Shown: one piece after another, positions 12,411 to 25,445 of the stretch
How positions within the stretch are numbered: the first letter of the stretch is position 1
How the letters are laid out: each line of letters opens with the position of its first letter
From: Tubulanus polymorphus
Taxonomy: Eukaryota; Animalia; Nemertea
Assembly (NCBI RefSeq): GCF_964204645.1
Contig: NC_134026.1
Span: 891,950-955,949 of the forward strand
Direction of reading: 5' to 3'
DNA length: 64,000 nucleotides
Program-made: the position numbers and the translations under genes
Notes under the pieces: model-generated
The model's database searches: none
What the model saw: the letters and a program-made list of their open reading frames with translations, nothing else
What the model was told of the DNA's origin: nothing

Positions 12411-13084
12411 GCTGTTCCAGTTGGTCGATTTTGGAAGAGTAGTTGATCTCAAGCTGGTTTTCTTATAGTTGCAATTTAGCTGCTATGATTAAAGAAGATA
12501 GCCTGTAATGACAAATTATTTCATTTAGAATTCATCATTATCATTTCCATAAAATATCAGCTTACATTTCAAGTTTGCTGGGTTCCGTATCAGTTAAAAT
12601 GTTCTAAGTTCATCATGCATTTGATTTAAGCTTAGATTGTTGTGTGGGCTGTTCTTATCCGTAGATTTATGATCGAGTTGTTGATCTCAAGCTGGGCAGT
12701 TTGATGACAGGATTCAGCTGAAGAGTAAACAAAGATATCATGAAATCACAAAACATTTCATTGAGAATGAATTGAAATAATTCCATCTATACTCCATGTA
12801 TATTAAGTTACCTTTTATGGTTGCTGGATTCGTTATCGGCGTGGATCATCTAAGTTGGTTGGTTGATTCTAGTTGGCTGTGCGCTGTTCCAGTTGGTAAA
12901 TTTTTGACGAGTGTTTGATCTCAAGCTGGGTTTTTTCTTATAGTTGAAATTTAGCTGCAATGATTAAAAGATATCCTGTAATGACAAAGTTTTCATTTAG
13001 AATTTATCGCAATAATTTAAACTATATTAAGTTACCTTTTATGATTGCCAGGTTCATTATCGGCGAGGGTCTCCTAAGTTGGTA

Positions 13085-13265
13085 GTCTAATTTTACATAT
13101 CTTTTGTTGTTTTTTCCATGTAAATAGTCCGAAAGTTTACAATGTTTGAATTTTGTCTAATTTTACATTTCTTTGCTTTTCTTTTCATGTAAATAGTCCG
13201 AAAGTTTACAAGGTTAAGATAATTTTGTCTAAGTTTTTCTTTTTACTTTTGCTTTCTCCGTGTAA
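13085..13265. repeat. ~71-bp tandem duplication, about 2.5 copies
   Basis: GTCTAATTTTACAT...CATGTAAATAGTCCGAAAGTTTACAA occurs twice, followed by a degenerate third copy. Confidence 0.75.
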
Positions 13266-15511
13266 AGTTTTTTCAAAATCGGAAATCGAATTACAGATAT
13301 AGTTGCGTGATCGGCGGTCCATTTTACATAAATTTTCTTTTTCTTGAAATCCCAGCACATAACGGGAAATTCGGTTCCGGTGCCTTCAATTAATCTTCCA
13401 ACCAGTCTGAACCGGCAAGCGTCTGATTGGGGACTTTTAATACATCGAGATTTGGAATATCTATATTACAAGGTTGAAGATCATTTTGTACATTTTATGA
13501 CTAGTTGATTAATAGTATCATATAGTGCTAACCTGCTAGTAATATTGCCCCTATAAACATTTCGATTCCCAGCTAAACTATGTTCATATAATTAAATTAA
13601 CTTCATCGCCAATTAATAAACTTTTAAGAGATATGTATTCTTCCCACAGACATCTGTGCCCAGTGAATGGTATTCTAATCCATTTCAGTTATTTTAAATA
13701 TTGCTGGTAAAAAATATATACAATGATCTTATGATTATGATAATATAACTAGCTTAACGAACCCAGAATTCCCCAAAAACCTAACTGATTCAACAGATCC
13801 CACACACATGTGGCCCAGTTAGACGCAGACAACATTGCACGATACAGTCGTCTCATCCACTGCGCTATTTTTAATAAACTTAAATTCGTTATATTGAATT
13901 AATTCTAACTAATTTTCTGATATCTAAGCGATCCATTAATTAGTAACCATACTAGCCACAATTAATTGTCAGTCGAACAATATTTATATGGAGCCTGAAA
14001 ACCTACACGAGTAGAATTTCAGATGTGGTGAATTCATCACTATTTTAATTCATCAGAACTTAAGATAAAATTACATTTTTAGTGGTAAATTAAAATTCCC
14101 TTACCCGAATTGCAATACTATCTTTATTTCCCTTTTACAGTACACTGTGTATAAGGATCAAAAGACCTTGTAATGACTGGACCTCCCTAGTGCGGTGCAA
14201 GACATGATGCTGGAATATAGTTTGAAGGAAAGGGGTTAGTAAAAGAGAGCTATTAGCAAGAGGAATAAGACCTAAGTTAAGGATATCCTGTCAGAATAAG
14301 GCTCTCAATCTGACATACACAGTGAAATTGAAATATTTCCCCTCCCAAATTCAGGAATGTATTTGTGCACGTACAGTTTTGTTTTATCTCCCTTCGATCG
14401 GAAGTAAATCTGCATTAAATGATTTTGGCAATATGTATCAAAACTAACACAGCTGTATGAAGACACAATAGGTTCACTTAGATACAGATAAATAAGTAAT
14501 GTGCTCAGATACACATGTATCAGCTACATTTTTGATGTCTATGTACTTGAATTCAAAATAATTTCACATCATTGAATTTACCTTAATTGTAGATATCTAA
14601 GCAGTACCTTAATGAGTAATTCACCTTAGTTATATCCTTATTCATCCTCCAAGTTGTTTGTCCCGCGTGTTGACTAGGTAATGATGTTGTTGGAACGTCC
14701 AATGGTGCCATCGGACTGATGTTGGTAATACCACTATTATGGATGTTGGTATCACCAGACTTCCCACCATCGGAGTTTGACTTCTGGCTAGGGAAATGAC
14801 AAGATGAAGAGAGCACGTTATATATTAAGTCAAAATGTTTGTCAGACAGAGCCTGACCACTGTGGTTTGAGAAAGCTTTAATTATCTCATAACCATCCCT
14901 ATCATTAATAGTATTAACTATTTTTGTGCCACAGATTTATGCCAGCTCCGTTCGTGTCTGGGTTAGGTACATATACAGCCAAACCATATACCTCTTCCCC
15001 ACACGATAAGTGTTTCTTGAGAACACCTGTATTTTGGAATTAGTAAAAATCAACCCCTGATATACCACTATTGCCCCAAGTTTGCTTAAAATGAGCTGAA
15101 ATTAAATAGTACATAATCATTAATTAACAAGACAAAATTTGCAACTATATCTAACTTTGATAGTGGATGATGAAAAGATGAAAGGCCAGGATGAGGGGTC
15201 TGAGTCAGAAATCGAAGATACAGAGTTTACGATGTATTTGAAGTACACAAAAGATGCTCGAGATTACAGAGTTCACGAATACAATATTGACGTTATCATC
15301 CGCTGCGACAAGAAAAATTGGGCAAGATTTTGGTGGAAGGGGAAAGAACCTTGGATGAAAAATAAAATTTACACAGTTTCACGGCTTAAATCGAAGTACA
15401 ACCATATAGACGCTGGTAATACATAGTTTTAACGGCTTTACATCATATTTGATCTAACCCGAGAGAAAGAAGTCAGCACAGAACTTCTGGCTGATAACAG
15501 CAAAGTCCGGT

Positions 15512-16131
15512 TCTCAGGGTTCCAACTGGCAGCGGCAGAGTCGGAGTTCTGTAACGTGGCCTCTTCCCAGCTAGTGGCGGGGTGCAGACGACACGGGTGT
15601 TACTACGGAGGACCCACAATCAGAGTAAGATGGGAAGCGACAAACAACTTCGGCTTTGGGGGATATCCGATCTTCAAGCATCAACACCAAAAGACAACCG
15701 GCACCCAGATGAGAGAGAAAAACTGGGTGAACAGGGAGCCCATCAGCAAGATGCCAATGGGTAGCCTTAGGCGAAGAAACCAGCCGATTCAGACTAGAAT
15801 GGACCAAACTGGGGACCCAATTGAGAATTGAGCACACCACCTAAGACAACCGACACCCAGATGAGAGAGAAAAACTGGGTGAACGGGGAGCCCATCAGCA
15901 AGATGCCAATGGGTAGCCTTAGGCAATGAACCAGCAGATTCAGACTAGAATGGACCAAACTGGGGACCTAAAGATCCAACAGCCCCTTCAGTCGAAGAAT
16001 GCTACCGCCCCCATCTCATTCTGATTGCAGGTCCCCCGTAGTAACATCCGCATCACCAGCACTCCGCCACTAGCTGGTAAGAGGCCACATTAGTGAACTC
16101 AGACTCTGCCGCTGCCAGTTGAAACCCTGAG
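15512..16131. repeat. ~165-bp inverted repeat enclosing two direct repeats (~153-bp period)
   Basis: 15512-15675 is the reverse complement of 15970-16131 (roughly 80% identity by eye). AAGACAACC...CTGGGGACC occurs at ~15690-15818 and ~15844-15968. Confidence 0.9.
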
Positions 16132-16266
16132 ATTGAGAGGGCGGGGGCGAGGGATGAATGAAATGAAAGAAAAAAAAATGAAAAAACAAAAATAATATAG
16201 AAAAATAATGAAAAAAATAAAGATATAAAATATACCACACATTCATACGACACATATAAACTCCAT

Positions 16267-16378
16267 TCACTCCTCTTGCACACACCGCGCACACAACTCC
16301 ATCCACTCCGCTTGCACACACCGCGCACACAACTCCATCCACTCCGCTTGCACACACCGCGCACACAACTCCATCCAC
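16267..16378. repeat. 36-bp tandem repeat x3
   Basis: CACTCCGCTTGCACACACCGCGCACACAACTCCATC repeated. Confidence 0.92.
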
Positions 16379-19300
16379 CGCCACCGGCGCCACGCCACCG
16401 CTCCGAAATACTCCGCGCCACAAGATCGCCAGGAAACACAGCAAAAGCTGAAGAGCTCGAGAAAACGCCATCTGATCGTGTCAAAGACTAGTACTCGATT
16501 GAACGATTGTGGAGAAATTCCGCCCGGAGCTACGATCAAATGCAAACCCAAATGTAGATATTTTATTGAACGGAATTTATTATCAGTCCACGTCAGTTGA
16601 AAACCCGTTTTGATCGATGTTTTGTTGTTTATTTTAAATATAAATTAGATTTGATACCTACGGTTATTGACTAATATCTAATTGTGAGGGTTAGATTAAA
16701 GGATCGCGGTTGAATTTCCTACTCGCATGCCACAGCTCTGTCGATTCTCAACCGTCTAGTGCTGCCCCTAAATACTGTGGCGAAAACATAAACTAATCGA
16801 TTACTCTACCCGTATTTTTACGAGGCCTACGAGCAATCATCTCAACTTCAGATAATTGCTCGTAGCTCGTAGATGAGGAGGCCTACCATTAACATATCTT
16901 GCTTAGTTTACGTCCTTCGTGTCTTGTGCTATCCTAAGACTATAGATCATATTGGATCCATTTTCAGCGGTAGAGCGAGAATGATCCGAACAGTAAAGAT
17001 TGTTCTATTTTTCTAATAACTTTCTCCACGTCAATGTTGATAGTTTAAAAATTCAAAATACAAATTATGTTCAAATTCAGATTTCACAAACAACAACTCG
17101 TTGACCCACTGAAAGATAGCAGCAAAACAATCTCGGGTAATAAATGTTAGAATAAAAGGTTATCTCTCAGGGCCTATGGAAAAAGTACTAATTAGCATAG
17201 GAAAGGCAGGCCTACCCATGTAGGCTTACAATATCCAACTGCCTTGACGAGAGAAGAAGAATTAGCAACATAAACAAAATCGAAAAGGAAAATATCGAAA
17301 GTGCATGATATCAAATTAACTTTATGGCTGCTCAAATTCACTGCTCGTCAAATTCAACACCACTAAAACCGATGCCTGAAGTAGCTTGGGCTTGAAGCTC
17401 ACATCACCCAGATCACGGCAAATTAGATCCGAATTTCAATTGCTAGACTTAGGGTGTGCCGGTCGAATGAGAGAGTACAACATCTCAGGGAATGTCTAGA
17501 GTTCAAATGATACTGCGTAGATTTATTCGAGTTCACGCCAAGATTCATATATCAAACTCAAACAGTCCCATATAAATGAGCACCTGAAGACAGTCTACAT
17601 CAAGGACAGGGTGGCCATTTTGCAGAATCTTGGGAAGAAATCCTTTGAGGAAGCGATGGATAAAGGCAATTACATCTAATTAAAAACATGTTTATTGAAA
17701 ATATGCCTAGTTTACAATATTTCTCATTAAAAAACCAAAACCGACCCTGAAAATATATTCATTCTGCAAGGAGGTTGGTTGGCAAATTAGGTGGTATGAA
17801 ATTATTGGAGATTTGGCTGTCGGAGTATGGAATCACATTATGTTTCATTTAGAAGCCGTAGGCCTACGTCGTAATACATTGACGTGTTTGTGTTCAGATT
17901 TCACATGGTCACAGTCGAATGATCGCGTGTGACGGGTGTTTATCTCAGGGAATTCACTATGTACGCCGATTCAATTGAGTCCATTCATGCTCGTCACACA
18001 AACTAAGTCCCGTTATGATACCAGCCCTACCGTCGTGTCATATGTAGTTTTTTTATTAGAAAGCCTTCGTCTGTTTATTTTGTAAAATTATCACGAAAGT
18101 TACGAAATATTCCCATACATTACTATACCTCGGAGATAGGACGTTAACCTGGCGTAAAGCGTAGAATGATTAATTTTTGGGTTGAAACGATTTTGTGCTA
18201 ACGAGCTAAACTTAGTTCAATTATCTATAAAATCTTTTAATTTGACGCTTCCACCCGTCCTATGTAAAATGAAATCATCTTGGATAGGACCCCAAGACCC
18301 CCACTCTGATTTATGCGCCCCTCTGCTCTAAATTACAGATGGATCCACCTCTGAACTTCCTACGACCATTCGTCAAATCAAAAGACGTCCCACCTTAGAC
18401 TGTAAATTCGCGCTCAGTTTGGGTGCGTTTTTAGCAAAACACGAATTATACACACCGAGTCCCGCGTGCGGAGCTGAGAAATTTCACTCGTTTATTTCGG
18501 CCATTAATTAACCATTTCCAATTAACTAATTACGACTAAGCGCCACGCAATAGTATGTTTATATAATGATTTACGAAATTATTCAAAATGGAGATTGATC
18601 TCGATTGTTTTTATAAAGGATCCATCGATGTGTTATTGATCGCGCAGTCGTTGGTCTTCGAGATCAATAGGAATGAATAAATGAAAACAATAGACGAGTC
18701 GTCTGGCACGAAGTAGGGGGCGACAGTTGTGACAGACGATAATAAGGAAGATGTGATCCGATCCTGGATTGAAATAACGTTTAAAATAATTCCTAAACCT
18801 ACAAAAGCTGCGCGACAGATTACTGATGAAAGGCGAAACGTGATTTAAGACTGTAAGCACGCGACGGTATTCACAACTGATATAAATGACGACAAATGGC
18901 CGCGGGCTCGGATCGTTCTGAGATGGACGTGGCGTCGATTTAAGCGGGACTTTCCGAAGATAAAAATCACCTGCCCCTCTAAAAAATCAGACGTATGAAC
19001 ACACAAAAGTGCTAAAATAGACGACACTTTGTGTTTGAATTCGATAAATGGAAACCTACAGTCGTCAAACTAATACTCGACAAAAACACTTCCCATTGAT
19101 ACAGTTGTCTTACTACTTGAAGTAAAGATGTTAAAACCTACAACTCGTCAGAATCCGAAGATAAAGACAGTAGAATAACCACAATAGAACGTGCATGAAA
19201 TAAGAATATTGCATATCACCGGCGATTTCTCGAGTAGGAGACCGAAACTCCACGTCCTCTTAAATATAAATCCTATTGAGCTTCACTAAAATCGCCTTTG

Positions 19301-21565
19301 AATATACGAATTGTGTTTTTGATACACCTTATTTTGTTATATACAATATTTCATTTCATATTTTCATATGCTCAGAATATCTTTGCACAAAATAGATGGA
19401 TTCATTTTCTATTTTTCGAGTTCCTTTGTCTCGTGTGCTAATTTTCCATGGACTACCACTAAATACATGATTTACTAAATGAAAAACATCTTTCACTATA
19501 ACAAATGTTTTTCTACGAGAAACTCGTTGTTGTAAAGATGTGTTTTGTTCGTCAAAATTTCGAAAAACTACATTTTGCTCGGGAGTAGAAGCGAAGTAAA
19601 CGTTTGCATAACCGTTGATGGAACCGACAGAAAAAAGTGTCCTAAAGGTTTCCTTTAGTTTATCATTTATTGTCAACATTGCGTTTGTATCTTCGGGAAT
19701 ACCGTACTTAAGTTATAACAGTTTTTTTTCTTTCTGAGTGTTGAATATCTTACATCTTATATTATTATGGTAACATACACGGGTATAAGATGCACATATG
19801 AGAGATTTAAAAGAGACTTATTTTCTATTCATTGATAAACCGCTCGCTACTGATCATAGAAAATTAGATGGTGAAAAATCCGACCGGATTTCCGAAGAAT
19901 GAGAAGTCAATAAGATTAGCTCGTTCAGGGTTTACACAGCGAGTCGAAGAGCGGCCAATTTAGCGATTGAATAGAACACTCAGTTATTTCGGCTCGGTAG
20001 TTTTTAATCTGATTGACACACACAGAAGCTCTTCACCAAACGACGGATCGGAATTAATGATAGAGCCTATGCACCTTATCCGTCTAAACAGTGGTTAAAT
20101 ACACTGTCCCGGAGCAGACGACCGAGACGAGTACAATACAACGATAGAGATGTGGCTTTTTAAAATGACTCGGTGCGCATTAATTAGTTACGTGTATCCC
20201 GATAATACCGGAACAGACGAAATGACCAAATATCACACTAAATGCATCGTAGATATTTGATTTGAAATTATACCAGACGTAATTGAGTTAAGAACAACAG
20301 AAATTATCTACCAAATTCCCAGTCATCGACACCTAGAAATTACGTATAATCCACATTCTGGCAAACAAATGGCTTTTTGACTGGATTTATATCTTTAAGT
20401 ATATTCATTCTTATATGATTCAGGGAAAGTATCTTGGATTTGTGTCAACGGTCAGTCAGAATACGATTTTTCAGATCAGAATAAGCTAAAAATTATCATT
20501 ATCCCTTTATCTGGAGAATTATGACAATATCTTTAAAATGCGTTTAAGTTTCTTTTTCAAAAGTATATAGGTGGCAATATTATTAAACCACAAGGGCCTA
20601 TATACACACATTTAAGTTATTGAAAAAATATATATTCATCGTGATTGAAATAGATGAAACGTACAAATTCTGCCATCACGAAGAATACAACATAAAAAAT
20701 TTCTTCAGGTGAAGAGGATCTAGGATAACTATCTGAGAAAATTAAGAAAAGTTTATTTCTATTTTTATGCGTAGTTCTATTTATTAAAATCATGAGGCAT
20801 CTTCGTCGATTTCTTTTGTCGGGACGAAACCGTAAATGGTTTACGTACAATCAAACTTAACTAAAAATCTGTAGATTTCTTCACCTAATGCTGTTATGAA
20901 TTAACGAAGAGAACCTCATCGCGAGAATATTCAAATATCTCATGCTGCGACAACACTAAAATGAATCTTGATGAACGCATGTTTTAACGCTGTTATTGTC
21001 AATATTTATCGCGAAATTTCACAATTCATCAGATTATTCTTTTGTCGTTCAATCACCAGCCATATTACCCGCATTCTGGTTATATTTACACCAGTACTGT
21101 TTTAGGGGACACATGTAGCTGTGCTGTCTCGGTTTTAATTCACACTAGTTTCTGATCAGATGTAATCAGACAGACTGTAGGTTCATTCTGCGGCGTCTGC
21201 GACGACGGTCCCCGCCCTCGACAGCTCATGCTCGGTTAGGTGTAAATTCGCTCTTCGCTGACTATTCATCGCCACGCTTCGTCGCCAGACCTCTGTATTC
21301 ACAACGATAATGTCACCTCCTTCTGCCTCGTGATTGACACCGATTTCAACCAATCGCGAGCCGTATTCGCCTAGAATCGGTTGCTTCAATGAATTATGAC
21401 AAATTATTCAATAGTGTAATTGTTTCTGGTGGTATATTAGGAAGATGTTGACCATTTGGGGCAACACTCATCATCTACAACTTAGATAGATACGAATTAT
21501 TTTACATGCTCTCGTCCTGCTCTGAGAAACTTCACTGGAATAAGACATCAGCGATTAGTTATAGA

Positions 21566-24500
21566 ATGGCATCAGCTATGTATGAGGAACAATTATTCGG
21601 GCAAAGATCGAGGACCTTCCCGTTAAGTCATGGACTAGTTTCAGCAAGTCATCAGTCGTTCCCGTTTGCAGGATTTCCGATGACACACGATCCTCTTGGA
21701 TTAGGTAAGTTTTATCATCAGTTTTTTCTCGAAAATTCACTTTGGAAGGTTTGGAAAGTTCTGGTCATAAGAATAAGAAATAAGTAATGTCTGGTCTGAG
21801 CTGTAATGTGTGAATCTTTTTTCAAACAATAGAAATGATTTCCTTTAATTCTCTCTTAGATTTACATATAACGTATGATATTTTATGATATTTCGTCGAT
21901 AGAATCAAATATTCAAACAAATTGACTGTAAACCAATTGATGAAGGCAATTAACTGCATCTTCGTGGTGAACCTACGTAAAATGTTGATTAGATTATTTC
22001 TGACATCTGTCACAATCTATACCCACAATTTTGCCATTACGTATATGAGAGAATAACTGTTTTGATATTTGAATGAAGAAATTCTGATGTCTAATTGATG
22101 TATTAATTTATATCTTGAATTTCAGCTCCAGGACCGCAACAATTCGGTGCGTACGCTCACATGAATATGGGTGTCACGGATCACAAACGACTTTTGCATC
22201 ACGGCTCATCGCAACAAGACGAAAACAACAAAAATATCAAAATCAAACTCGAAAACAGAGAATTATGGCAGAAATTCCACGCTATTGGAACTGAAATGAT
22301 CATTACAAAAACCGGGAGGTGAGTACATTTTTAGAGAGTTGTTTTAATGTTTTGCAATTCAAGCTCCAAATCGAGTTTTTTATTTTCTATCATCAAAATG
22401 GAAACATTTTGACTAAAACGATTATCTTCGGAAAGCTACATTTCAACTTAAAATAATCTTTTACGTTTTACATTGTGCTGATTCTAATACGTTTTATTGG
22501 AATCAATTAGCGCTTTGACCATTTAGGATTAACAAAGTCAAATGTGAATCGCCTTTTGTAGAAGAAAAGCGTTATTTGTAAATGAATTTAATACGTGGGA
22601 TTATTAGCATTTAATCCTATTTTAAGTGGATTACAAAAGCGTGTTTGCAAACTTCATCAAATTTTACATTGTGTGGTTTCAAAAAGTCATTAAAACGGTG
22701 GGCGGATTCGCGGCAAAGTTGGCAAATAAAATCTTCAGAAGCGAAACATTAGCACTTCAGCGGCACGCTTTAGCTCCTTTCATGCGTCGAGAACTCCGTG
22801 GGTCCTCAAGAACCTGTCGCTTTTGTAGTCTTATTATTGACATAGAAATGAAACCATCTTTGAAGATGCCCGTAAAAACGTTTCAATTACGAAACATTTA
22901 TAATCCACGATGCTTTTATCCGATTTTCCTTTTTTCCATTTAATCAACGATATTTCGAATATCTTTTTTAGACGAATGTTCCCGACCTATAAAGTGAATC
23001 TAGAAGGACTGGAACCACACGCTAAATACATTCTCCTAATGGATATCATTCCTGTTGATGATTGCCGGTATAAATATCACAATTCGGAATGGGTAGTGAC
23101 CGGTAAAGCGGAACCTCACATGCCAGGGCGACTGTATATTCACCCAGATTCACCAGCCTCCGGAGCTCACTGGATGAAACAAACCGTCAGCTTTCAGAAA
23201 TTAAAACTTACAAATAACAATCTCGACCAAAATGGACATGTAAGTTACAAAACTTAAAATTAATTATCTTAAGATTTCTATCATCGTTATATGTAGAATT
23301 CTTATTACATGGTTCCATTTTGTTAAATATCTAATGTTCGATCTTTTTTTTTACAGATTATCTTGAATTCGATGCACAAATATCAACCTCGAGTTCACGT
23401 AGTTCAAGCTGATGATATATTCTCGATGAGGTGGAAGTCGTTTCATACTTACGCTTTTGAGGAAACTTCGTTTATCGCCGTCACAGCATATCAGAATGAA
23501 CAGGTAAATAACTTCTAATTTACCATGAAAATATCCACATCATGTATTTATCTTATTTTGAGAAATAATTTTTGATGCAAATGGAGATTCTGTTTAAAAG
23601 ATATTTTGGTTAAATTTTCGTCAATCATATCTTATGCATTTTTCAAAATCTCTCCATCCATAAATGAAATTTTGTAGAATATTTGTTGTTTCAAGCTGTC
23701 GCCAAAACTAGCGATAAATCGGCATAAATTACCTACATTCAGAAGTAATTTTGTAAAATCCTCTCACCGTGGACAATATCGGTGTCAATTTGAAGAGGTT
23801 GTCGTGTTTCCTCCGTATTGGATCAGGTGTCGACCATAGAATCAATTATTCATTTAAATCTGTAATTATTCACACGGAGACTTAGTTTACTTCGTTTAAA
23901 CCGTTGGCGATCGTTTTAAACAATAGTCAATCTGAGATAATTCCACCAATTTCCCGAGGTAAAAGATGGCTGTAATTTAGACAGAAGTTGTCACTCAACG
24001 ATACCCCGGTTGAATAATTAAGACACCACTGTCTTTATTTTCAAAAGAAGTGTCAAAGATTTGCTGGAAGCATCTCGGTTCCGGGCTATACCGCATTGAC
24101 CAATAGAATATCTAGTATAAACTATAATGCCTATTGTACGGCACAGATTTTCAAGGCCAATCTGTCTCTCTAATTAACTCCGCGTAATTAACTAATTTTC
24201 ACACCGATCACGTAAATAGAGGTGGAACATTTTCACGGCTGAATTATGAAGTATTTTTCATAGAGGTTTTGTGAGCGTGTCAGTGTTTGTATCTTGTGTA
24301 CCCAGCGGGGCATACCATATATCGCGTTAATTCCCACAAGTGAATTTGACATTGCCATTTTTTGTTTTTCTGTCTTAAAACGCAATTAAATGGTTGAATA
24401 TTTATACATTGTAGATAACTCAATTGAAAATCGACCACAATCCGTTCGCTAAAGGATTCAGAGATAATGGAATGGCGCGAAGAGATTGTAGATTACAATT

Positions 24501-25445
24501 CAAACGGTCAATTCACGATTCATCGGATTCTGACAATGATAAAGGTAAGGTTCATTATTCAATAATTGAATATTCCTATATAAGATTTGAAAACGTTCAG
24601 TGCTATTCAAATGATACAATGAAGACTATAGTTTTGGCCCTTTGTAACTGGCTTCATGATCTTTAGCTCTGTGATTTGGGCTATTTTTCAATGTTATTTA
24701 ATTCATTGATTATTTTTCAGATTGCATTTCAATGGACAAGAAAAAAATGAGACGCGAAGACGAAGATCAGGTCGACGGACACATCACATCTACGACTTGT
24801 AACGTGGGAAGTAGCGCCGAACATTTGATAAAACAAGAACCAACTCGTCTGGAACTGTCACCCGCCGGAACCAGTCCCGGTAGCGAGGGTCGTCTGAACC
24901 ATTCATCGTTAACAGACAGCGAGAAATCATCCGACCATTTGAACAGTAGCGGCGATGATCTAGGATCGTGTATCATCGGCAAATCTAGTACATCGATTAC
25001 TCAACCGCTTAGGCGTCAACCAAATCAGTTACTGTCACCGCAATGTCAGTATCTACCGCAAAATTCCTGTTCGTACTTCCAGCATAGCTCGTCACCGTTT
25101 CAGTTCCGAGGAGCCGATCAGATGTACTATCCTCATCCGCCTGCTCCTAATTGCTCGAATAATAGTTTTTTACCGGCGGTCACGACGGCCGGCGGATTTC
25201 TACAGCCTGTTCCCAGTATGAAACTACCAGCTGCTTGTCATATGTCTTCTCCAAGCGCTAATGCGTGTTCGATGACCAATACTTCACCTCATCACGGCAG
25301 CAGTCCGCCGTCTGGGTACGCGCTGACTGCAGGCTCCCAGTCGCACACTTCCATGTCGTCTTGTACTTACGTTCAACCGAATCAACATTATTCGATGATG
25401 AATTTGACGAGTAATCCACATTTCACGACCGGACCGCTCGTCTAG
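21566..25445 (+). CDS. T-box transcription factor, most similar to the Tbx6/16 subfamily (6 coding exons)
   Basis: Exons 21566-21704, 22126-22318, 22972-23239, 23357-23503, 24415-24544 and 24721-25445 join in frame via GT-AG introns. They encode a complete T-box: [23 protein letters not shown]...[14 protein letters not shown]...LKLTNN...[10 protein letters not shown]...[28 protein letters not shown], followed by a Ser/Pro-rich C-terminus. An alternative in-frame ATG lies at 21506. Subfamily assignment is uncertain. Confidence 0.96.

Larger units (their letters stand above)
10330..13322 (-). pseudogene. Array of tandemly duplicated exon-intron units (decayed gene or spliced lncRNA)
   Basis: Seven acceptor blocks (minus strand TTACAGGATATC...TTCAG|CTAAAT, at ~10545, 10990, 11328, 12135, 12478, 12716, 12953) and six donor-like sites (AAAG|GTAA, at ~10650, 11073, 11970, 12563, 12810, 13033). 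The exon segments are mutually similar, but those I translated contain stop codons. Confidence 0.5.

Noticed and set aside
14583-15100. Possible degraded coding fragment on the minus strand
   Set aside because: Only short frames with stops, and no RT, transposase or other motif recognised.
15700-15730. CAGATGAGAGAGAAAA as a hammerhead core
   Set aside because: The core reads CAGAUGA rather than CUGAUGA, and there is no stem II.
16053-16551. Overlapping ORFs with Cys-rich repeats
   Set aside because: Produced by the 36-bp tandem repeat and the low-complexity tract, and open in several frames at once.
18815-18850. Hammerhead-like CTGATGA-AAGGC-GAAACGTG
   Set aside because: No stem II can form between the boxes, and the would-be cleavage triplet is GUG.
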